From contig CBDBZU010000004.1 in assembly GCA_965213625.1 (NCBI GenBank), positions 224,001 to 288,000 of the forward strand: a stretch of DNA of 64,000 bases. The letters run 5' to 3'. The position numbers and the translations under genes were made by a program. The stretch comes from a bacterium (GTDB lineage: Bacteria > UBA8248). The notes beneath the pieces were generated by a model. It did not search any database. It was not told the DNA's origin and saw only the letters and a program-made list of their open reading frames with translations. This document shows positions 56,046 through 64,000 of the stretch, in pieces (position 1 is the first letter of the stretch; each line of letters opens with the position of its first letter).

Positions 56046-56489
56046 TTAGTGGTGGTGTGAGTGAAAGGCGCCGAAATCATGCGTGAAGGGTTCTTTCGTC
56101 TTCTCGCACCTGACGCCCATTTTTGCGAAATACGCCTCCAGCACGGAGTCATAGGGCGTGAGGACGCGGCCATCCTGCACGCATATCGGCGCGTGGCGGT
56201 TTCCCACCTGGTAGCAGAGACGTCCCATATCGGTCCCGGATTCCGCGTAGAGGACGAGCACGTCTTCCGGGATCGCGGCGACGACCACCACCCGCTCCTC
56301 ATCCTCGAAGAGAATGTCGTTCTCCTTGAGAGGCTGTCCGGTCGGCAGTTTAACGCCGAGTTCGGTGCCGGTATCGGTGCGCACCCGCTGGCGGCTCCTG
56401 AGCCTGTCCTCCCAGCCCAGGGCCACGCGCTCGACGCGCCTTTGCTCATCGGCGCAGAGCCTGCCCCGTATTTCTTCCACGAGGATCAT
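56046..56489 (-). CDS. ureE: Urease nickel chaperone UreE
   Basis: RQRVRTDTG, YQVGNRH, His-rich tail HSHHH. Confidence 0.93.
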   Translation of the reverse strand: MILVEEIRGRLCADEQRRVERVALGWEDRLRSRQRVRTDTGTELGVKLPTGQPLKENDILFEDEERVVVVAAIPEDVLVLYAESGTDMGRLCYQVGNRHAPICVQDGRVLTPYDSVLEAYFAKMGVRCEKTKEPFTHDFGAFHSHHH

Positions 56490-56498
56490 CGCCGCCTC

Positions 56499-58211
56499 CT
56501 AGAAAAGAAAATACCGCTGCGCCATGGGAAGCACTTCTGCGGGCTCGCACGTGAGCGTCACCCCGTCCGCCTTCACCACGTAGGTTTCGGGGTCCACCTC
56601 GATATCGGGCAAGGCGTCGTTGAGCTTCATGTCCTTCTTGCCGATGGAGCGGCAGTTCGAGACGGGCGCCACAATCTTGCCCAGACCCAGCGCGTCGCCC
56701 AATCGATCCTCGGCCGCCGCCTGTGAGACGAAGGCATAGGAAGTCGGTCCGACCGCTTTCCCCATCGAGCCGAACATAGGCCGGCCCAGGACGGGCTGCG
56801 GGGTGGGGATGGAAGCGTTGGGATCGCCCATCGCCGCGTGGGCGATGAAGCCGCCCTTCACCACGACTTCTGGCTTCACGCCGAAAAAGGCTGGCTTCCA
56901 GAGCACCATGTCCGCCATCTTCCCCACTTCGATAGAGCCCACGTAATCGGAAATCCCGTGCGCGATCGCGGGGTTGATGGTGTATTTCGCCACATAGCGC
57001 CTGGCGCGGTAGTTGTCGTTGGCAGCGCTTTCCTCAGGTAGCGCGCCGCGCTGGCGCTTCATCTTGTCCGCCGTCTGCCAGGTGCGGATGACCACCTCGC
57101 CCACGCGGCCCATGGCCTGGGAATCAGAACCCATCATGCTAAACGCGCCCATGTCGTGGAGAATGTCTTCCGCCGCGATGGTCTCCGCCCGGATTCTCGA
57201 CTCGGCGAAGGCAACGTCCTCTGGAATCTTGCTGTCCAGGTGGTGGCACACCATGAGCATGTCGAGATGCTCGTCCACCGTGTTCACCGTGAAGGGACGC
57301 GTGGGGTTCGTCGAGGAGGGCAGCACGCCCGCCTCCCCGCACACGCGAATGATGTCGGGCGCATGGCCGCCGCCCGCCCCTTCGGTGTGGTAGGTGTGGA
57401 TGGTCCGGCCCTTGAACGCGGCGATGGAGGTCTCGACGAAGCCCGATTCATTCAGCGTATCGGTATGGATGCAGACCTGCACGTCCATATCCTCCGCCAC
57501 GCCGAGGCAGCAATCAATCGCCGCGGGCGTGGTTCCCCAATCCTCATGGAGTTTCAGCCCCACCGCGCCCGCGCGGATCTGCTCCATGAGAGGCGCCGGC
57601 CGCGAGGCGTTTCCCTTGCCCAGGAATCCTAAGTTCATGGGGTATGCCTCCGCCGCCTGGAGCATTCTCGCGATGTTCCACGCGCCAGGCGTGCAGGTGG
57701 TGGCGTTCGTGCCCGTGGCGGGGCCGGTTCCGCCGCCGAACATCGTGGTGACGCCCGAGGAGAGCGCCTCGTCTATCTGCTGGGGACAGATGAAGTGGAT
57801 GTGGGTATCGATGCCGCCCGCGGTGAGTATCATCCCCTCGCCCGCCAGCACTTCCGTGGCGGCGCCGACCGTCATGTCCACCCCCTGCATCAGGTGCGGA
57901 TTTCCCGACTTGCCGACCCCGACTATCTTCCCGTCCTTGATTCCCACGTCCGCCTTCACCACGCCCCAGTAGTCGAGGATCAGCGCGTTCGTGATGAGCA
58001 GGTCGAGCGCTTCAGCCTCGCGCGTCTCGGTGGGGGATTGCCCCATGCCGTCTCTGATGACCTTGCCGCCGCCGAATTTCGACTCATCGCCGTAGACGGT
58101 GCGGTCTTCTTCGACCTCGATGAAAAGCTCGGTGTCGGCGAGGCGCACCTTGTCCCCCACCGTGGGGCCGAACATGTCGGCGTAGGCGCGCCTGTCCATG
58201 CGAAAAGCCAT
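56499..58211 (-). CDS. ureC: Urease alpha subunit
   Basis: [40 protein letters not shown]. Confidence 0.99.
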   Translation of the reverse strand: MAFRMDRRAYADMFGPTVGDKVRLADTELFIEVEEDRTVYGDESKFGGGKVIRDGMGQSPTETREAEALDLLITNALILDYWGVVKADVGIKDGKIVGVGKSGNPHLMQGVDMTVGAATEVLAGEGMILTAGGIDTHIHFICPQQIDEALSSGVTTMFGGGTGPATGTNATTCTPGAWNIARMLQAAEAYPMNLGFLGKGNASRPAPLMEQIRAGAVGLKLHEDWGTTPAAIDCCLGVAEDMDVQVCIHTDTLNESGFVETSIAAFKGRTIHTYHTEGAGGGHAPDIIRVCGEAGVLPSSTNPTRPFTVNTVDEHLDMLMVCHHLDSKIPEDVAFAESRIRAETIAAEDILHDMGAFSMMGSDSQAMGRVGEVVIRTWQTADKMKRQRGALPEESAANDNYRARRYVAKYTINPAIAHGISDYVGSIEVGKMADMVLWKPAFFGVKPEVVVKGGFIAHAAMGDPNASIPTPQPVLGRPMFGSMGKAVGPTSYAFVSQAAAEDRLGDALGLGKIVAPVSNCRSIGKKDMKLNDALPDIEVDPETYVVKADGVTLTCEPAEVLPMAQRYFLF

Positions 58212-58582
58212 CAGTCCGCCCCCCCGTAGCCCTCGGCGCGGGCCTTCTCCATTGCGGCCTCGCGCACGGCGGCCGAATCGAGCGCGCCTTCGGTCAGCGC
58301 GTTCAGCCCCATGGCGGTGCGCGCGCCCGCGAAGGCGACGAGCGTCACCTCTTTTTCATCGCCGGGCTCGAAGCGAACCGCCGTTCCCGCCGGAATGTCG
58401 AGCCGCATGCCGAAGGCCGCTTTCCTGTCGAAATCGAGCAGGCTGTTTACCTCGAAAAAATGAAAGTGGGAACCCACCTGTATGGGCCTGTCGCCTCGGT
58501 TCGCCACGATGAAGGTAGCGGTTTCGCGCCCCTCGTTCAGGACGATCTCGCCGTCCGCCAGAATGTATTCGCCGGGTATCAT
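58211..58582 (-). CDS. ureB: Urease beta subunit
   Basis: [27 protein letters not shown]. Confidence 0.98.
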   Translation of the reverse strand: MIPGEYILADGEIVLNEGRETATFIVANRGDRPIQVGSHFHFFEVNSLLDFDRKAAFGMRLDIPAGTAVRFEPGDEKEVTLVAFAGARTAMGLNALTEGALDSAAVREAAMEKARAEGYGGAD

Positions 58583-58592
58583 GCGCTCTCCT

Positions 58593-58898
58593 TCAGCCTC
58601 GTATCGGGTCGTGCACCGTTACGAGCTTGGTGCCGTCGGGGAAAGTGCCCTCGACCTGCACATCGTGGATCATTTCGGGCACACCCTCCATCACGTCGTC
58701 TCGCGTGAGAATCGTCGCGCCGTATCGCATCAGTTCGGCCACGGATTTCCCGTCGCGCGCGCCTTCGAGCACCTCGGCCGTGATGATGCTGACGGCTTCG
58801 GGGTAATTGAGCTTGAGGCCGCGCGCGCGGCGCGCGCGCGCCAATTCCGCCGCAACGAAAACGAGGAGCTTCTCCTGCTCCCTCGGGGTCAGATGCAT
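58593..58898 (-). CDS. ureA: Urease gamma subunit
   Basis: [29 protein letters not shown]. Confidence 0.98.
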   Translation of the reverse strand: MHLTPREQEKLLVFVAAELARARRARGLKLNYPEAVSIITAEVLEGARDGKSVAELMRYGATILTRDDVMEGVPEMIHDVQVEGTFPDGTKLVTVHDPIRG

Positions 58899-58931
58899 TG
58901 CCTGCCTCCTGTCAAAAACGCTTGTAACCGG

Positions 58932-59627
58932 CTACGCGGTCAGGCGGTCGAGCAGTGAGACGTCGCACTCGCCCTGCGCTTGTCCTGTGGCCGTGAATTC
59001 CCCTTTTTCCATCACGTAATATCGATCCGAGAGCCGCCAGGCGAACTCCAGGTACTGCTCCACGAGGATGATGCCCATGTCGCCTCGCTGCTTGATCTTC
59101 CACAGCACGTTCTCGATGTCCATGATGATGGAGGGCTGGATACCCTCGGTCGGCTCATCGAGCAGCAAGAGCTTGGGTTCGCTCACCAGCGCGCGGGCGA
59201 TGGCGAGTTGCTGCTGCTGTCCGCCGCTCAGCACGCCTCCTTTTCTCCCGAGCATTTCCCTTAAAACGGGGAATAGCTCGAAAACGCTCTCGTCATAGTT
59301 CCTGGGGCGGTCGGGATGGGCTTCCAGCCCCAGCAGGAGGTTCTCGTGCACGCTGAGTTGCGGGAAAATCTCCCGCCCCTGGGGGACGTAGGCGACACCC
59401 ATCCTCGCGCGCGCCTCGGGTCTCGAAGCAGTGATGTCGCTCTCTAAGAATTCGACTTTTCCTGCTTTGGGCTTGAGCAGACCGACGATGGATTTCAGGA
59501 ACGTGGTCTTGCCCATGCCGTTTCTGCCGATGATGCCCGCAATTTCGCCGGGGCCCACCTCGATATCGAGACCCCGCAGAATATGGCTCTCTCCGTAGTA
59601 GGCGTGGAGTTCCTCAACCCTAAGCAT
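58932..59627 (-). CDS. urtE: Urea ABC transporter ATPase UrtE
   Basis: GRNGMGKT, VPQGREIF, LSGGQQQQLAI, DEPTEGIQP. Confidence 0.95.
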   Translation of the reverse strand: MLRVEELHAYYGESHILRGLDIEVGPGEIAGIIGRNGMGKTTFLKSIVGLLKPKAGKVEFLESDITASRPEARARMGVAYVPQGREIFPQLSVHENLLLGLEAHPDRPRNYDESVFELFPVLREMLGRKGGVLSGGQQQQLAIARALVSEPKLLLLDEPTEGIQPSIIMDIENVLWKIKQRGDMGIILVEQYLEFAWRLSDRYYVMEKGEFTATGQAQGECDVSLLDRLTA

Positions 59628-60387
59628 GTTCCTCGCTTCCCCTGCCCAGATAGAGTTCGATGACCCGCTCGTCCTTATGCACGTGATCGATGGAACCCTC
59701 GCATATTACGGCCCCCTCGTGAAGCACGGTGACGCGCTCGGCGATTTCGCGCACGAATTTCATGTCGTGCTCGATGACGAGAACCGAGCGATGCTCGGCG
59801 ATGCGCCGCAAAAGCGCCGCCGTCTTATCCGTCTCCCTGTCCGTCATACCGGCCACGGGCTCGTCGACGAGCAGCAGGTCGGGGTCCTGCACCACCACCA
59901 TGCCGATTTCGAGCCACTGCTTCTCGCCGTGTGCCAGCAGGCCGGCCCGCCAGTCGCTCTTGGATGTGAGTCCGATGACGTCGAGCGTCTCCTCCACCCG
60001 CTCCCGCGCCTCGGCCGTGGCCCCGCCGAAAAGAAGCGAGGTCACCTTCTTGTCCTGTTTCACGGAGAGTTCGAGGTTATCGCGCACCGTCAGGTTCTCG
60101 TAAATCGTCGGCGTCTGGAATTTTCTGCCGATGCCTGCGTTCGATATCTCTTCCTGGCGCATCCGCGCGAGGTTGGTTTTCTCCTTGAATACCACCCGCC
60201 CCGAATCGGGCTTCACCTTGCCGGTCACGACGTCGAGCAGGGTGGTCTTCCCCGCACCGTTCGGGCCGATGACGCAGCGCAGCTCGCCTTTGTCCATGCT
60301 GAAGTTGAGTTCGTTCAGCGCCTTGAAACCGTCGAAGACGACGAACACGTCCTCCATGTAGAGTATGCTTTTCGATGTCAGCGCCAT
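59620..60387 (-). CDS. urtD: Urea ABC transporter ATPase UrtD
   Basis: FDGFKAL, GPNGAGKT, HGEKQWLEIGM, DEPVAGM. Confidence 0.95.
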   Translation of the reverse strand: MALTSKSILYMEDVFVVFDGFKALNELNFSMDKGELRCVIGPNGAGKTTLLDVVTGKVKPDSGRVVFKEKTNLARMRQEEISNAGIGRKFQTPTIYENLTVRDNLELSVKQDKKVTSLLFGGATAEARERVEETLDVIGLTSKSDWRAGLLAHGEKQWLEIGMVVVQDPDLLLVDEPVAGMTDRETDKTAALLRRIAEHRSVLVIEHDMKFVREIAERVTVLHEGAVICEGSIDHVHKDERVIELYLGRGSEEHA

Positions 60388-60395
60388 GTTTTCCC

Positions 60396-61559
60396 CTAGC
60401 CTTCGCTGCGCAAAGCCGCGAGATTCTCATCCGCCGCCGCGCGCTCCTTTCGGCGGATCCATTTTTCCAGCTTCCGTGGCGCATCGCGCACCACGCCGAG
60501 GATTCCGTCCGGGAAGAACTGAACGACCAGGACGAATATGCCGCCCAGGAAATAGAGCCAGTAATCCGGATAACTCGACGTGAGGTAGCTCCGCGCCCAG
60601 TTCACCCCGATAGCGCCGATGACGGCGCCAATGAGCGACCCCCGCCCGCCGACCGCCACCCAGATGACCATCTCGATGGAGGGCAGCACGCCGATCCGCC
60701 CGGGGGTGATGATGCCCACCTGGGGCACGTACAACGCACCGGCGACCCCCGCCAGCATGGCGGAAACACTGAAGACGAACACCTTGTAGTTCGCGGGCGT
60801 GTAGCCCGAATAGAGCACGCGGTTCTCCGCGTCCCGGATCGCCAGAAGTATCTTCCCGGCGCGTGATTTCACTATCCAGCGGCAGAGCAGGTACGCGCCG
60901 CAAAGCGCCAGCGCGGTGACGACGTATAGCCCCCGCTGCGTGGACACTTCCGTGAGCGTGAAGCCGAGCACCTTCTTGAAGTTGGTGAGGCCGTTCGTTC
61001 CGCCCAGGTTCACCTCGTTTCTGTTGAACACGAGCCAGGCGGAAAGCGCCAGCGCCTGCGTGATGATGGCGAAGTATACGCCGCGGACCCGCGTCCTGAA
61101 TGCGAGAAAACCGAAGACGGCCGCCAGCGCGCCGGGCACAAGCGCCACCGCGAGCGTGGTGAAGAAAAACGAGTGGAACGGCTTCCAGAAAAAGGGCAGC
61201 TCCTTTACCTGGTTCCAGACCATGAAGTCGGGCAGTTTGCTCTGGTAGACCCCCTCGCCGCCGATCTCGAGCGTGAGGTACATGCCCATGCAATAGGCGC
61301 CCAGGCCGAAGAATACCCCGTGGCCCATGCTCAGGATGCCGGTGTAGCCCCATATCAAATCGAGCCCCAGCGCCAGGATGGCGTAGGCCAGGAATTTTCC
61401 GAACAGGTTGAGCGTGAAATCCGAGATATGGAAAAACGAACCAGGCGTCCCGAAGGCGTTCAGCGATGGCATGGCGACGATGAACCAGAACGCCGCGAGC
61501 ACGAGAATGACGCCGCCGACTTTCTTCTCCATCCTGTCCACCAAAGTTTCACCCGGCAT
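60396..61559 (-). CDS. urtC: Urea ABC transporter permease UrtC
   Basis: DLIWGYTGILSMGH, LPDFMVW, GVYFAIITQA, SIEMVIWVAVGGRG. Confidence 0.95.
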   Translation of the reverse strand: MPGETLVDRMEKKVGGVILVLAAFWFIVAMPSLNAFGTPGSFFHISDFTLNLFGKFLAYAILALGLDLIWGYTGILSMGHGVFFGLGAYCMGMYLTLEIGGEGVYQSKLPDFMVWNQVKELPFFWKPFHSFFFTTLAVALVPGALAAVFGFLAFRTRVRGVYFAIITQALALSAWLVFNRNEVNLGGTNGLTNFKKVLGFTLTEVSTQRGLYVVTALALCGAYLLCRWIVKSRAGKILLAIRDAENRVLYSGYTPANYKVFVFSVSAMLAGVAGALYVPQVGIITPGRIGVLPSIEMVIWVAVGGRGSLIGAVIGAIGVNWARSYLTSSYPDYWLYFLGGIFVLVVQFFPDGILGVVRDAPRKLEKWIRRKERAAADENLAALRSEG

Positions 61560-61565
61560 CGCGTA

Positions 61566-63296
61566 TCAAGCCCCTCTCGTGCGGATGGCGAACAGCCCCT
61601 CCGGCCTTCTTTGCAGGAATAGGATCACCAGAACCAGAATCACCACCTTGCCGAACACCGCGCCCATCGCAGGCTCGAGCATCTTGTTCATGCCGCCGAT
61701 GCCGAAGCCCGCCACGATGGTTCCCAGAATCTTGCCCACGCCGCCCGTCACCACGACCATGAACGAATCCACGATGTAGTTCTGCCCCAGGTCGGGCCCC
61801 ACGTTGCCGACCTGGCTCAGGGCCGCGCCCGCCATGCCCGCCAGCCCCGCGCCGAATGCGAACGTGCCCGCATCCACGCGGCGTGAGGGTACGCCCAGGC
61901 AGGTACTCATGCCCCGGTTCTGGGTGACGGCGCGAATCCGCAGGCCCGCCCGCGTGCGGAAGAGGAACAGGTACGTGCCCGCCACGCAGAACACGGCCAA
62001 GGCGATGATAAACAAGCGGTTAAACGGGAACTGGACGCCGACCATCAGGTGATAGCCCCCGCTCAGCCACTCGGGGGATTTCACGTCCACGTTCTGTGCG
62101 CCGAACACCTGTCGGACGGCTTGTTGCAAAATCAGGCTGATCCCCCAGGTGGTCAGCAGCGTCTCCAGCGGACGGCCGTACAGGTAGCGGATGATGGAAA
62201 TCTCCATCAGATAGCCCATCAGGGCCGAGGCCAGGAAAGCGACGGGAAGCGCCAGCAAGAAATAATAGCCGAATAAATTTTGCGGCAGATAAGAGATGAA
62301 CAAACCCTGGATAATAAAGGTGGCGTAGGCGCCCAGCATCATCAATTCCCCGTGCGCCATGTTGATCACGCCCATGAGGCCGAATACGATGGCCAGCCCC
62401 AGCGCCATCAGCAGCAGTATGGAGCCCAGGCTCATGCCCCGGAATAATGTGCCGATGATGGCGGTCCAGCTCAGGTAGCCCTCGATCTCCTCGATGGCCT
62501 CGCTCGCCGCCCCGCGCACGGCTGGCGCCGCATCTTTAACCGCTAGGCGCTTGAGTTCCGAAAGAGCATTCAGTCCGTGAATCTCGCCGAGCACGGCGGC
62601 GGCCGAGCGCCGCTCTTGGGAATTGGGCGATTTGAGCCGAATCAGCGCCTTCGCCTCCATAAGCGCGTGACGGCCCAGCCAGTGGGTCTCGTTCTTCAGG
62701 ACCTTGTCGAGCAGCGGGATGAGGTTCTTATCCCCCACTCTCGCCAGCCGCGTCGCCGCGGCGCGGCGCAAGTTCGGGTCGGCGGAGTAGAGTTGCGCCG
62801 AGTTTTGGAGCTGGTTCAGATAGGGTTTGATGGCGCGGCGCATTCTTCTGTCGGCGCGGATTCTGCTGAGTTGTTCATCGGGAACGAACAGGGGTTTCCC
62901 ATCCGGAGATGCAAGCCGTCTTTTCCCGTGAATCGAGAAGAGGGGAACGTATTCCTTGTCCCCGCGCGTCACGGCGTCTCCGCCGATGACGAACCGGACC
63001 TCGCCCGATTCGGGCTTCCAACGATAAAGGCTGCCCTCGCGAAGCGCCAAAAGAAGGGGTAGCAGCTTTGGCTCGAGGCGCTTCGCAAGGGTGAGGGCAG
63101 CGCGTCTTCTTTTCTTTCTGTTCTTCAATCCTAACTGCGCGATTTCCGCCTGGATGGCCGGTGAAAATATTTCGGTTTTCGCTTCACCCCTTGCCGCCAG
63201 GCCAAAGCCAAGCGCGAAAACCAGAATAAGGACGCGAGATATGAATGATCTCGCCGACGCTCCACGCGGAATCGCCCTAACGCCGGCTTGCTGCAT
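61566..63296 (-). CDS. urtB: Urea ABC transporter permease UrtB with N-terminal HEAT-like extension
   Basis: GVINMAHGE, LYGRPLETLL, DSFMVVVTGG; GAAGGAGG SD before ATG 63296 (alternative GTG 63344). Confidence 0.93.
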   Translation of the reverse strand: MQQAGVRAIPRGASARSFISRVLILVFALGFGLAARGEAKTEIFSPAIQAEIAQLGLKNRKKRRRAALTLAKRLEPKLLPLLLALREGSLYRWKPESGEVRFVIGGDAVTRGDKEYVPLFSIHGKRRLASPDGKPLFVPDEQLSRIRADRRMRRAIKPYLNQLQNSAQLYSADPNLRRAAATRLARVGDKNLIPLLDKVLKNETHWLGRHALMEAKALIRLKSPNSQERRSAAAVLGEIHGLNALSELKRLAVKDAAPAVRGAASEAIEEIEGYLSWTAIIGTLFRGMSLGSILLLMALGLAIVFGLMGVINMAHGELMMLGAYATFIIQGLFISYLPQNLFGYYFLLALPVAFLASALMGYLMEISIIRYLYGRPLETLLTTWGISLILQQAVRQVFGAQNVDVKSPEWLSGGYHLMVGVQFPFNRLFIIALAVFCVAGTYLFLFRTRAGLRIRAVTQNRGMSTCLGVPSRRVDAGTFAFGAGLAGMAGAALSQVGNVGPDLGQNYIVDSFMVVVTGGVGKILGTIVAGFGIGGMNKMLEPAMGAVFGKVVILVLVILFLQRRPEGLFAIRTRGA

Positions 63297-63368
63297 ACCC
63301 CCTCCTTCGCCGTATTTGGCATATCGCCGGTATTTGCGATTCACTTGTTTTCTTTTGGCCGCCCATGA

Positions 63369-63389
63369 GGGAGCCGTGCTGCGGCTCCC
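63369..63389 (-). other. Intercistronic hairpin after urtA
   Basis: GGGAGCCG-TGCTG-CGGCTCCC. Confidence 0.5.
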
Positions 63390-63407
63390 CCCGGGCGGTT
63401 CTTGCGA

Positions 63408-64000
63408 CTAGGTGGTCGTCTTCTTGTATGTACCCTGGTGATTTACCCAGTCACAGCTCTTGTCCGGACTCGTGTACTTGCTCCAAGGTTCGGGCGCCAC
63501 GAGGCCCTTCGTCTGCGAGACGATTTCGAATTGCCCGTTCTTGAGGATCTCGCCGATGAGCACCGGCTTGTGCAGATGGTGGTTCTTCTCGTCAATCTTC
63601 TTGAATCCGCCCGGCGCCTCGAAGCCCATGCCGTAAGTCGCCTTGCGGACGTCGTCCACCTTCGTGGTGCCCGCTTTCTCCACCGCCTGCTTCCAGATGT
63701 AGACGCCGAGGTAGGCCGCCTCGATGGGGTCGTCCGTCACGCGGCTCGCACCGCCCGGCAGGCCCATTTTCTTGCAGTAGGTCTTGAAATTCTTCACGAA
63801 CTTCTTGTTCTGCGGCGTGTCGATCGACTGGTAGTAGTTCCAGGCGGCCAGGTGCCCGACGAGCGATTTCGAGTCCATACCGCGAAGCTCGTCTTCCGCC
63901 ACGCTGAACGCCATGATCGGCACGTCTTCGGAGCGCAGGCCCTGGTTCGCGAATTCCTTGTAGAAGGGCACGTTGCTGTCGCCGTTAATGGTGCTGAGCA
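63408..64000 (-). CDS. urtA: Urea ABC transporter substrate-binding protein UrtA (5' part outside the window)
   Basis: INGDSNVPFYKE, FSVAEDE, AAWNYYQS, DPIEAAY, NHHLHKP; upstream of urtBCDE. Confidence 0.95.
   Translation of the reverse strand, partial: LSTINGDSNVPFYKEFANQGLRSEDVPIMAFSVAEDELRGMDSKSLVGHLAAWNYYQSIDTPQNKKFVKNFKTYCKKMGLPGGASRVTDDPIEAAYLGVYIWKQAVEKAGTTKVDDVRKATYGMGFEAPGGFKKIDEKNHHLHKPVLIGEILKNGQFEIVSQTKGLVAPEPWSKYTSPDKSCDWVNHQGTYKKTTT

Overview
GC-rich bacterial chromosomal window. It contains the 3' part of a giant Calx-beta/Ig-repeat autotransporter, two GcvT-family demethylation genes, a Bcr/CflA exporter and tRNA-Ser(GGA). It also has a long run of catabolic paralogs: TPP enzymes, three acyl-CoA dehydrogenase-like genes, two DHDPS-like aldolases, ADHs, a LigAB dioxygenase, a BVMO and an amidase. 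Transport and nitrogen genes are a TAXI-TRAP system, an Fe3+/polyamine-type ABC transporter and an urtABCDE-ureABCEFGD operon (urtA cut by the window edge). The gene content suggests a marine, possibly host-associated heterotroph, but taxonomy cannot be established from this window. The most notable unexplained feature is a self-contained ~170-nt transcription unit beside the tRNA (about 9790-9996). It has a sigma70-like promoter, a 16-nt perfect complement of the conserved 16S rRNA 3' end, a 12-codon mini-ORF running into a predicted three-way junction, and a terminator. Other highlights: (a) an AT-rich SF2-helicase + PARP-like zinc-finger pair next to a HIRAN gene, a candidate defence locus; (b) two ACADs with complementary motif losses, a candidate heteromer; (c) a 19-bp terminal-repeat family bracketing different REP cargoes; (d) two homologous long intergenic regions with 10-bp phased repeats; (e) two antitoxin-like genes whose partners survive only as stubs. 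All calls come from reading the sequence and motifs by eye; no searches were run.
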